Assembly: GCA_023269085.1 (NCBI GenBank)
Contig: JAHFML010000001.1
Location: 256,356 to 307,295, forward strand
DNA: 50,940 nt
Reading direction: 5' to 3'
DNA from: a bacterium
GTDB lineage: Bacteria > Patescibacteriota > Minisyncoccia > Phycocordibacterales > Phycocordibacteraceae
Positions 23,634 to 31,892 of the stretch are shown piece after piece. Positions within the stretch are counted from its first letter, which is position 1. Each line of letters opens with the position of its first letter. The translations under genes and the position numbers were made by a program. Under the pieces are notes generated by a model, which saw nothing but the letters and a program-made list of their open reading frames with translations, searched no databases and was not told where the DNA came from.

Positions 23634-25259
23634 TTAGGAGGACTGCGGTGATGCAACCATCATGTTCTTTTTCGCGAATCTCAACTGGAGCGTGGTCGAG
23701 AAGCGTTTTGATGCGGCGATGACGATGAGTGCCGCATAAGCGAGAAGGACGAGCCAGAAAGGAAAGGCAGGAAGAGTAAAAGCCGCGAACGGAAGCGTCG
23801 CGGCTTTTTGTGCGAGGATGAGCAGATATTCGTTCGTGAGGTATGCCGGTAAAGCGAGCAGGATGCCGAGCGCGTGGACGCTTGCGGTGAGCGCCGTCGA
23901 ACCGAAGAGCATGCCCGCGAATCCGGCGAGAGCCGAGAGCGCCATCGTGAGTGGGACCATCGGCGTCGCGAGCATATTCGCGGGAATAGCGACAAGGGAG
24001 AGATTGCCGGTGTCATAGAGGAGGAGCGGGAGCACCGCGACTTGTGCGGCGAGCGTCGTCGCGATGACGTCGCGCCAGAAACCAACGCGAGCTTCAACAG
24101 GTGCCTTTTTTGAGAGCGTTCCGTCCCGCCTTAGGCGGGACTGCACTTGGCAAATAACTCTCAAAAAAGGCGACCTGCGTAGCTCGCTCAATAAACGTTC
24201 GATAATCGGCGCGAGCCAGATAAGGCCGGCGGTCGCGGCGACCGAGAGGCCGAAGCCCGGGTCATAGGCGAGATAGAGCGGGTTCCCCGCAAGCATGACG
24301 AAGACGACCGCGAGGAGCGCGCGACCGGCGACATACGCGCGGCCCGTCGCGCGCGCATAGAGGGCGATGAAGGCCATGAGCATCGCGCGCAGGGCGGTGG
24401 CCGCGAAGCCCGCGATGCCGACGAAGAGCAGTATCGCAAGCGCGCCCGCCGCGCCGCGCCACTTGCGCGAGAGTCGGGTGAGCGCGAGCGCGGCCATCAC
24501 CCACTCGGCGACAACCATGATGTTGTAGCCCGAGAGGACGATGATTTGCACGAGGCCGCTCCGCGTGAATGCGGCTTGGAGGTCGCTCCCGAGGCCCGAC
24601 TTCCCGCCGATGACGACGCCGCCCGCGAGTGAGGCAACGGGCTCGGGCAACACATTTGCGAGGCCGTTCAAGAATGCGTGCTTCACCTGCGCGAGCGCGG
24701 CCGGGAGCGAGTACCACGGTGCGGGGCTCGTCACACGCATGAAAGCGAAGTTGAGCATGAAGCGCACGCCGTCACGCTGAAGATATTTGTCGTAGCGAAA
24801 GACGCGTCCATTGTCGTCCGCAAAAGGCTCGGGGAGTGCGAGGGTGCCGGAGATGCGCACCGCGTCGCCGACCGCGACGACAGTCGTGCGCGGTGCGACG
24901 ACGAGAAGAATCGTTGACTCCCCTCCTCGCGCGACGCGGACCATGACGCGCTGACTCGCATCGCGCAGATCCGGGTCGGCGACCACGATGCCGTCATAGG
25001 CAACGCGATGCTTCACGTCGCTCGCGAATGCGCTCGGCGGCGGCGTGTCGGCAACGAGCGCACGCACCATGCCGAGGGCGATGAACAAAAAGAAAACCGC
25101 GCCGCTCGTGTACACAAGGCGCGGCGCTCGCACTCTTGCGCCGACACAAAGTCCGGTGAGCAAAAGGGTGAACAAAATAACGGGCCACCCGAAACTAAAA
25201 ACCGACCGTAAAAGTATCCCGCCCGCGAATCCGCCAGAGAGCGCGATGAGCCACGACAT
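23634..25259 (-). CDS. comEC: ComEC/Rec2-family DNA internalisation channel (no MBL domain)
   Basis: MSWLIALSGGFAGGILL.., DUF4131-like N-terminus and competence-domain TM bundle (..QIIVLSGYNIMVV.., ..TTLAAQVAVLPLLLY..NMLATPMVP). Start chosen after the rnhA stop. Confidence 0.85.
   Translation of the reverse strand: MSWLIALSGGFAGGILLRSVFSFGWPVILFTLLLTGLCVGARVRAPRLVYTSGAVFFLFIALGMVRALVADTPPPSAFASDVKHRVAYDGIVVADPDLRDASQRVMVRVARGGESTILLVVAPRTTVVAVGDAVRISGTLALPEPFADDNGRVFRYDKYLQRDGVRFMLNFAFMRVTSPAPWYSLPAALAQVKHAFLNGLANVLPEPVASLAGGVVIGGKSGLGSDLQAAFTRSGLVQIIVLSGYNIMVVAEWVMAALALTRLSRKWRGAAGALAILLFVGIAGFAATALRAMLMAFIALYARATGRAYVAGRALLAVVFVMLAGNPLYLAYDPGFGLSVAATAGLIWLAPIIERLLSELRRSPFLRVICQVQSRLRRDGTLSKKAPVEARVGFWRDVIATTLAAQVAVLPLLLYDTGNLSLVAIPANMLATPMVPLTMALSALAGFAGMLFGSTALTASVHALGILLALPAYLTNEYLLILAQKAATLPFAAFTLPAFPFWLVLLAYAALIVIAASKRFSTTLQLRFAKKNMMVASPQSS
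23668..23721 (+). repeat. 54-nt direct repeat, copy 2 (displaced sod 3' end, antisense to the comEC 3' end)
   Basis: In frame it reads FFANLNWSVVEKRFDAAMTMSAA*. On the opposite strand it encodes the comEC residues ..ASKRFSTTLQLRFAKK... Confidence 0.9.
24101..24175. repeat. nested palindromic element inside the comEC ORF (reading frame stays open)
   Basis: ccttttttgagag (24104-24116) / ctctcaaaaaagg (24158-24170), flanked by ggtg/cgacc, with an inner hairpin gtcccgcc tta ggcgggac. Encodes the basic segment RRSPFLRVICQVQSRLRRDGTLSKKAPVE. Confidence 0.7.
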
Positions 25260-25290
25260 AGGGGTATCGTAGCAGAGATTACCGATGAAA

Positions 25291-25710
25291 CTATTTCGCC
25301 CCCCTATCCATCGCTTCGTTCGCAAGGGCGTCGGCGTCGGCGTTCAGCGCGCGCGGGATGTGGGTGAAGGTTGTCGAGGCGAAGCGTGCGGCGAGCGGAG
25401 CGAGCCGCGCGTATTGCGCCTTCATCATGGGGTGCTTCACTTTATATACGCCGTTCGCCTGCTTCACGACGAGCTCGCTGTCCATCTTCACCGCGATAGT
25501 TGTTGCGCTGATTTTATTACCGACGATTTTTGCAACCGTTTCGAGCGCGAGAATCACCGCTTCGTATTCGGCGAAGTTGTTGGTGTTGGTCCCGAGGAAT
25601 TGCGACACGCTCGCGACGGGGCTCCCTGCTTCGTCGCGAATCATCGCGCCCGCTCCCGCGGGCCCCGGGTTCCCTCTCGATCCCCCGTCGGCGTGAATGG
25701 TGAAGTGCAT
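25291..25710 (-). CDS. rnhA: ribonuclease HI
   Basis: MHFTIHADGGSRGNPGPAGAGAMI.., NNFAEYEAVILAL, MDSELVVKQ, ALNADADALAN (DEDD residues in order). Confidence 0.85.
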   Translation of the reverse strand: MHFTIHADGGSRGNPGPAGAGAMIRDEAGSPVASVSQFLGTNTNNFAEYEAVILALETVAKIVGNKISATTIAVKMDSELVVKQANGVYKVKHPMMKAQYARLAPLAARFASTTFTHIPRALNADADALANEAMDRGAK

Positions 25711-25748
25711 GTGCGCAGTATACCTCGCGACAGGACTTCGTAAGTTCC

Positions 25749-27500
25749 TCACGTCGCTTTGATATCGATAAGGCGCAAGCGCACCGGCGAGCCGCGCCGG
25801 AAGGTGTCGCGTTCGAGGTGCACGAGCAAGTGGGCACGATCATTTATTGCGAGCCGTGTCGCTTCGTGCGCGAGCGCGCCTTTGGCAAAGAAGGTGACGG
25901 CGTCGATGGTCGCATTCGTTTCATCCCCGCCGATTTTTAATTTCAAATGCTCTTCAGATTTCCCAAAACGCGAAACCTCACGCACGAGCACATCGCGCAA
26001 TAGAAACACGGGCTTACTATTCTGCATGCCAAAAGGCGCGAGCTTCTCGATCTTTTTTAAAAATGATTCGGTCGCTTCGTGAAGCGCGATGCTCGCGTCA
26101 GCACGCGCGATGAGCGAGTCGGCGATCGGCGTGAGTCGCGCGTTTGCAGCGACGAGCCGATCTTCAAGATCGAAGACGGCATCATCGAGCAGAGAGAATC
26201 CGCCCGCGGCCGCGTGTCCGCCGAATTCGGCGAAGGTGTCTTCGGCCGCGCGCATGAGGTCGAGCGCGTGCGTCCTCCCGCCGCTCCGCATCGATCCCTT
26301 CAAGCGCATATTCCCTTCCCTCCCCCAGAGGAAGACTGGCCGCTCGTATTCGTCAGCGATGCCGCCCGCGACGAGGCCGAGGAGGGCCGGTCGCCACTCG
26401 GGGTCGCCGAGCGCGATGACACTTCGTATCTCGGCACGATCTTTGAGTCGCGATCGCACGGCGCGCGTAATCGCGCCCGCCTCTGCCTTGCGCGAGCGAT
26501 TCGCGGCCTCCAATTTTTTCGCAAGAGCATCCGCCTCGTCTTCGTCAGTGGTCGTGAACAAGCGGAAGGCGTCGCGCGCGTCGCCCATCCGGCTCGCCGC
26601 ATTGACGCGCGGCGCGAGCATGAAACCGATGTCATCTTCGGTGAGGCTCCTTTGATCGACGCGGGTCACACGACACAACTTTTGTAATCCGATGCGCGGC
26701 GACTTGCGCATCACGATGAGGCCATAGGTTGTGAGCACGCGGTTCTCGCTGGTGAGCGGCACCATGTCGGCGACGGTCGCGAGCGCTACCATGTCGAGCA
26801 GCCACTTCTCCCAACCTTTGGGTAGTGGTTCTTGCCCGCGCGCAACTTGTTCAGAGCGAAGTCGAGGAAGTGTCGCGCAGACCAGCTTCCACGCGACGCC
26901 CGCGCCGCAGAGTTCGTGAAAGGGATACGGCTCATCGACGCGAGCATGCGCATCGATGACGGCAAAAGCGTTGGGTAAAATAAATCCGCCGTTCTCATTT
27001 TGTAAGGGTAGGTGGTGATCGGTGACGATAACCTCCATGCCGAGCTCGCGAGCGCGCGCGACCGGCTCGAGATCCGTGATACCCGAATCGACGGTGATGA
27101 TAAGCTTCGTCCCGCCAGTGGCGAGCTTCTCGATGCCCTGTATATTCATACCGTAGCCCTCGGCGTGGCGATGTGGAATGTAATTCTCAAAATCGGCACC
27201 GACTTTTTGTAAGAAATCATGAAGCACGACCGCACCCGGGATGCCGTCGCAATCGTAGTCGCTCCAGACCGCAATCTTCTCGCCGGCAAGAATAGCATCG
27301 GCGAGCCGTTGCGCGGCCTTGCGCATGCCGGTCATCGTGAGCGGGTCGTGCAAATGCAAATCGTAGGATGGATTGAGGAATTGCTCGGCATCCTCGCGTG
27401 TCGCGACGCCACGGCGCGCAAGTAGCGCCGCGAGGAGATCGTCATAGTCGCGCAACACTTCGCGTTGCGCGTCGTCAAGGGGCTCGTGGAGCGGGAACAT
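25749..27500 (-). CDS. recJ: single-stranded-DNA-specific exonuclease RecJ
   Basis: DHH-family motifs ..IAVWSDYDCDGIPG.., ITVDSGIT, IVTDHH, DHHA1 ..GGHAAAGGFSL. 583 aa. Confidence 0.9.
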   Translation of the reverse strand: MFPLHEPLDDAQREVLRDYDDLLAALLARRGVATREDAEQFLNPSYDLHLHDPLTMTGMRKAAQRLADAILAGEKIAVWSDYDCDGIPGAVVLHDFLQKVGADFENYIPHRHAEGYGMNIQGIEKLATGGTKLIITVDSGITDLEPVARARELGMEVIVTDHHLPLQNENGGFILPNAFAVIDAHARVDEPYPFHELCGAGVAWKLVCATLPRLRSEQVARGQEPLPKGWEKWLLDMVALATVADMVPLTSENRVLTTYGLIVMRKSPRIGLQKLCRVTRVDQRSLTEDDIGFMLAPRVNAASRMGDARDAFRLFTTTDEDEADALAKKLEAANRSRKAEAGAITRAVRSRLKDRAEIRSVIALGDPEWRPALLGLVAGGIADEYERPVFLWGREGNMRLKGSMRSGGRTHALDLMRAAEDTFAEFGGHAAAGGFSLLDDAVFDLEDRLVAANARLTPIADSLIARADASIALHEATESFLKKIEKLAPFGMQNSKPVFLLRDVLVREVSRFGKSEEHLKLKIGGDETNATIDAVTFFAKGALAHEATRLAINDRAHLLVHLERDTFRRGSPVRLRLIDIKAT

Positions 27501-27527
27501 GTGCGAGCATTGTATACTGATTTACAT

Positions 27528-27950
27528 ATGAATGACACTGCACCAGATACGATCTTTATGAAGATTATTCGTCGCGAGATACCCGCCGAAATCGTCTATG
27601 AAGACGATGAAACGATTGCTTTTCTTGACAGCAACCCAGCAACGAAAGGACACACGCTCGTCGTACCGAAGGAATTCTCCGAAAACATTTTTGATATCGA
27701 TGAGGAGCCGCTTACAGCTGTGATGCGTACGGTGAAGAAGATTGCACCGGCGGTGCGTGATGCGGTTGGCGCACACGGACTTCACATCAACTCGAACCAC
27801 GGCTCTGCGGCCGGACAAGTCGTCCCGCATCTGCATATCCACCTCATCCCGCGTCACTCGCGTGACGAGTTCAATTTCTGGCCGCAACAACATCTCTCGA
27901 CTGCCGATGCCGCCGCTATCGCCACCGCCATCCGCGAAAAGATCGGGTAA
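27528..27950 (+). CDS. HIT-family (histidine triad) protein
   Basis: IFMKIIRREIPAEIVYEDDETIAFLDSNPATKGHTLVVPK and HLHIHLIP triad. TATACT sits 9 nt upstream of the ATG. Confidence 0.88.
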   Translation: MNDTAPDTIFMKIIRREIPAEIVYEDDETIAFLDSNPATKGHTLVVPKEFSENIFDIDEEPLTAVMRTVKKIAPAVRDAVGAHGLHINSNHGSAAGQVVPHLHIHLIPRHSRDEFNFWPQQHLSTADAAAIATAIREKIG

Positions 27951-27967
27951 CGGGAGTTACACGAAAA

Positions 27968-29116
27968 CTACCCCAACGCCTCGATCCCGACCAAGGTGCC
28001 CGCGGCGAGGAAGTCGAGCATCGCGCCGCCGCCGGTCGAGACGAAGGAGAACTGTGACAGGAGCCGGAGCTTCTCTATTGAAGCGATGGTGTCGCCGCCG
28101 CCGACGATAGAGCGCGCCTTGTGCCTTGCGAGGACCTGCGCGAAGTCGTCGGTGGCGGCGACGAAGCCGTCTTCATATTTCCCCAGTGGGCCGTTCCATA
28201 GGATAGTGCGCGCGTCGTCGGTGAGCGCATCGAGGAAGAGGCGCGTGCGCGTACCCGCATCGAGGATGACCTCGTCCTTGCGTATCTGATCGATTGTCAC
28301 GACGCGCTTCTCAGAATCCCGGTGCGGTGCGAGTAGGTCACCCGTGGTCGCGACGACAACATCGACGGGTAAGACGAGTTTGTGGTTGCCGAGAAGCTGG
28401 TGGATCTCGTCGCTCACGGTGCTCGAGACGAGCGACTTCCCCACCTCATGCCCCGCCGCTTTCAAAAAGTCGTTCGCGAGCGCACCGCCGACGAAGACGC
28501 GGTCATAGGTCGCGAGGAGTTTGGTGAGCACCGCCTCCTTCGTGCTAAACTTCGCGCCGCTGATGACCGCGAGCGACGGACGCGTTGGGATGAGCGCCTG
28601 CTTCAATTGCCGCACTTCTTCCGCGACGACGAAACCGGCATACGAGGGTAGGAGTTTCGGGACGCCGACGATCGATGCGTGAGAGCGGTGACAGGTATCG
28701 AAAGAATCTTGCACGAAGATATCGCCGAGGGCGGCGAGCTCTTTTGCAAATGCAGGATCATTGCCTACTTCGCCCTTATTGCGGCGCAGATTTTCGAGGA
28801 CGAGGATATGGCCGGGGAGGAGATTGCGAATCTGGTCGCGAACGCGCGGGCCGATCGTCTCGCCGAAGAACGTGACGTTCGGCAGGAGCCGGCCGAGCGC
28901 GCGCGCGACCGGCGCGAGCGTCTCGGTGCCCGCTTCACCAATGTGGCTCACGAGCACGACGCGCGCGCCGCGTTCTGCTAAGAATTGTATCGTCGGGAGC
29001 GCACGCTTGAGTCGAAAGATGTTCGCTACCTCGCCATGATCGAGAGGGACATTCATCGCCGTCCGCACGACAATCGGTATGTTCTGAAAGATTTTTATGT
29101 CGCGAACCGTGCGCAT
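27968..29116 (-). CDS. pgk: phosphoglycerate kinase
   Basis: VVRTAMNVPLDHGEVANIFRLKRALPTIQFLAERGARVVLVSHIG.., ..ISGAKFSTK.., ..GGGDT... 382 aa. Confidence 0.92.
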   Translation of the reverse strand: MRTVRDIKIFQNIPIVVRTAMNVPLDHGEVANIFRLKRALPTIQFLAERGARVVLVSHIGEAGTETLAPVARALGRLLPNVTFFGETIGPRVRDQIRNLLPGHILVLENLRRNKGEVGNDPAFAKELAALGDIFVQDSFDTCHRSHASIVGVPKLLPSYAGFVVAEEVRQLKQALIPTRPSLAVISGAKFSTKEAVLTKLLATYDRVFVGGALANDFLKAAGHEVGKSLVSSTVSDEIHQLLGNHKLVLPVDVVVATTGDLLAPHRDSEKRVVTIDQIRKDEVILDAGTRTRLFLDALTDDARTILWNGPLGKYEDGFVAATDDFAQVLARHKARSIVGGGDTIASIEKLRLLSQFSFVSTGGGAMLDFLAAGTLVGIEALG

Positions 29117-29117
29117 A

Positions 29118-29861
29118 TCAGGAAAGAGCTTTTACTATGTCGGTGAATGACGAAACGTTGGTCGACGCGTGTCCGACCAAGAATCCGTCGGCCATCGAGA
29201 CTGCCGCGAGATCGCGCACGTTCCCGCTCTCGACCGCGCCTCCATAGAGCACGTGCGTCTGACGGGAACTCTTCCCGGGCAGGAGCTCGGCAAGCACCTT
29301 GCGGATATAGAGGACCATCTCCGCGAGATCGTCGGGGCCGATAGACTCTTCGGCGGTCTTCCCTATCGCCCACAAGGGCTCATAGGCGATGCTGACCTCG
29401 GCGCGTTCTTTGGGCGCGAGCGCCGCGAGGCCGGCGGTAATCTGCTCGCGAATGAAGGAGAGATAGCGGCCTTCGGCATCGCGCTCGCTCTCGCCGACAC
29501 AAAGAATGGGGATAAGGCCGTGGGCGAAAGCGTGGGCGAGCTTCTCCGCGACTATTTCGTTGGTGTCTCCTTTCGCACGTCGCTCGGAGTGGCCGATGAG
29601 CGCATAGGTCGCGCCGGCAGTGGCGGACATGCGCGCCGTGATCTCACCCGTCACGGCACCACCCAATGTTACCGAAACGTCTTGCGCCGCGAAGGCAACA
29701 GATGATTTATTTCGAAGCGCGAGCGCACCGAGAAATGGCGAAGGCGGCGCGAGAATGATGCGCAGGTCGCTTACGCGCGCAAGCTTCTTGCTTGTCGCAA
29801 AGAGCGTCTTCCCTTTCGTAAGGTCTTCAACATACGCTTTCCAATTTGCGACGATGATCAT
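29118..29861 (-). CDS. tpiA: triosephosphate isomerase
   Basis: MIIVANWKAY.., ..ALIGHSERR.., ..IAYEPLWAIGTG-like AYEPLWAIGK.., ..YGGAV... 247 aa. Confidence 0.9.
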   Translation of the reverse strand: MIIVANWKAYVEDLTKGKTLFATSKKLARVSDLRIILAPPSPFLGALALRNKSSVAFAAQDVSVTLGGAVTGEITARMSATAGATYALIGHSERRAKGDTNEIVAEKLAHAFAHGLIPILCVGESERDAEGRYLSFIREQITAGLAALAPKERAEVSIAYEPLWAIGKTAEESIGPDDLAEMVLYIRKVLAELLPGKSSRQTHVLYGGAVESGNVRDLAAVSMADGFLVGHASTNVSSFTDIVKALS

Positions 29862-29886
29862 GCTATCAGCATACCATCCGCGCGAG

Positions 29887-31284
29887 CTATTTTTGTTGCC
29901 AGTCGACGAATTGCCACTGGGTCGAAGTCGTCGGCGTGAAGGGCGGCGGGTTCGTCGAGTTCTGCCGATCGAAGACGGAGGTGCCGCCCGGATAGCCCGC
30001 CCACGTACTCCAATACATCCAGTACGTTACCGGGCGGAGCATCGTAACGACCGTACCGAGCATGTTGAGATTCCCTTTCTGACTATACGGAGAGGTGGTG
30101 TAGAGGTTCACGCCGAAGGCGCCGGACTGCGCGACGAAGATGCCGTCCATCGTAAGGTTGGTCGGCGCGTTCGGTCCGATAAGAAGGTTATGTGATGCTA
30201 TGGCGGTGAGGCCAACGGAGCCGTCAAAGGCGGAATATACGAGATTGTTCGGCACGACGATATTCGGATTGACGCCCGGGTTGACCACATTCGCTGCAAT
30301 GACGGTCACCTTCTGCGTTATCGTACCCTCGATCCATGCGTTATCTTCGACGAAGATGACGCCGCAGTTGGCGGGTATTGCGTAGGTGCCGACGTTCGAT
30401 TCGTTGTTGATGAGCGTATAATCGCTGACGAAGCTACTCGCAGACCCGTCAGCAGGATAAGAGCTCAGAGTGGTAATCGTCGTCACTTTTCGTACGGTCA
30501 CCGTGTTGTTGGCATTGAAGATGAGGTGATAACCGAGATATGGTTTCGAGGCTGTCGAGGTACGTGCGAAGTAGAGGCCCGAAGATTGAGCGGTTGTCTT
30601 GAGAGAAGTGAAACTCGACGCGATCGCGGCGAAGTCGGTCTGCGGCGTCGGGAATTTCCACATGTTCTGGTTCGTTCCGCTCCCGAAGATTCCGGTAACC
30701 GTGCGAGAGGGCGAACAGCCGAATGAATAGTCACAGGTCCACGAAGATATCGACGAAGTGACTGGCGCATCAGGATCGCCGTCCATCTTGATGCCGCCAT
30801 TGCTGTGGAGCGGACCATAGATGGGGCCGCCGCCGAACCAGACACTCGTATTCAAGATCATATTGTAGCGAGCGACGGATGGCCGTGCGTAGCGCGCCCA
30901 GAGCGTCGTTGAGATGCTCGGTGTATCGCTTGCCGTACCAATGCTAGTCGTGTCGATCGACTGGATGACGCCGCAGGCGCTGTTGCCGAGGATCGAAAGC
31001 GAATAATTTCCTGCCGTGCCACCCTCGGGATCGTGGAAGGTGTGCACATAGGGTCCCGCATGTCCGGTCCCGTCGGTTATGTCACCCGGGAAGTGGGAGA
31101 GATACCAGCGATAGTGATCGAGGCCTGCCTCGGCAATATTGAACGCTTCAGATTTCGATCGCGTGTCGTTCTGTGCGCGGTTTTGCGCGAGTACGAAGCT
31201 GGAGAGCGCAACGAGGAGCGTGAAGAAGATCGCGCTGAAGACGATAACGAGGAGCATGATAGAGCCGCGAGAATGATTTTTCAT
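29887..31284 (-). CDS. PilX-like large minor-pilin/pilus-associated protein
   Basis: N-terminal RGSIMLLVIVFSAIFFTLLVALSSFVLAQNRAQ..SEAFNIAEAGLDHY resembles the PilX N-terminal domain. 465 aa, Gly/Ser/Thr/Asn-rich. Overlaps the upstream gene by 4 nt. Confidence 0.65.
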   Translation of the reverse strand: MKNHSRGSIMLLVIVFSAIFFTLLVALSSFVLAQNRAQNDTRSKSEAFNIAEAGLDHYRWYLSHFPGDITDGTGHAGPYVHTFHDPEGGTAGNYSLSILGNSACGVIQSIDTTSIGTASDTPSISTTLWARYARPSVARYNMILNTSVWFGGGPIYGPLHSNGGIKMDGDPDAPVTSSISSWTCDYSFGCSPSRTVTGIFGSGTNQNMWKFPTPQTDFAAIASSFTSLKTTAQSSGLYFARTSTASKPYLGYHLIFNANNTVTVRKVTTITTLSSYPADGSASSFVSDYTLINNESNVGTYAIPANCGVIFVEDNAWIEGTITQKVTVIAANVVNPGVNPNIVVPNNLVYSAFDGSVGLTAIASHNLLIGPNAPTNLTMDGIFVAQSGAFGVNLYTTSPYSQKGNLNMLGTVVTMLRPVTYWMYWSTWAGYPGGTSVFDRQNSTNPPPFTPTTSTQWQFVDWQQK

Positions 31285-31892
31285 AATTGGCTTTTCAGGT
31301 TACGGAGCGTCGCGCCGGCCGTGAGGGTGAAGGAGACCGGGGCGCGATTTACGTTGACGTCGACGACCAGCGTCGTCCTGATCGAAGCGATTTGAGAAAT
31401 GTTGACGGGCGTGGAGATGAGCGTGCCGGCCTCGTTGAAATATTGGAAGACAGCCGTGGCCGCACTGTTCACGACCGAAGTCGCGACGGTTGAGGTCGAG
31501 ATCGCTCCGCCAACGTAAGAGGGAGGATTTCCGGCACTTAGCACCACCGTGCGGTAGAGCGTCCCGCGGATGAGACGATAGGTTATGCGTTCTATCGCTG
31601 TGTCAGCGTTGGCATTAGCAAAGAAGGTGAGCGAAGAAGTCGCGGCGGTCATGACAGGATAGGATCCGTCGCTCCCATAAGAAGCTTCGCGCAGGTCGCG
31701 CATCGCGTTCTCGACGCCGCGGCGCGCTTGGGATATCGCAGTCGCCTCCTGGAGCGTGTAAGCGTTCGTCTGGTAGAAGTAGACGATAAGCTTACCGAGC
31801 GTGAGAAGTACGAGCGTGCTCACGGCGACGGTTACGATCGCCTCGACAAGGGTAAAGCCGGCCCAATGGTGGAGTGAAGAGCGCGAGGTCAT
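31281..31892 (-). CDS. prepilin-type N-terminal cleavage/methylation domain protein (pseudopilin)
   Basis: MTSRSSLHHWAGFTLVEAIVTVAVSTLVLL, a class III signal (G/FTLVE). ATG 31892 overlaps the upstream TGA (ATGA). The track ORF is over-extended. Confidence 0.8.
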   Translation of the reverse strand: MTSRSSLHHWAGFTLVEAIVTVAVSTLVLLTLGKLIVYFYQTNAYTLQEATAISQARRGVENAMRDLREASYGSDGSYPVMTAATSSLTFFANANADTAIERITYRLIRGTLYRTVVLSAGNPPSYVGGAISTSTVATSVVNSAATAVFQYFNEAGTLISTPVNISQIASIRTTLVVDVNVNRAPVSFTLTAGATLRNLKSQL

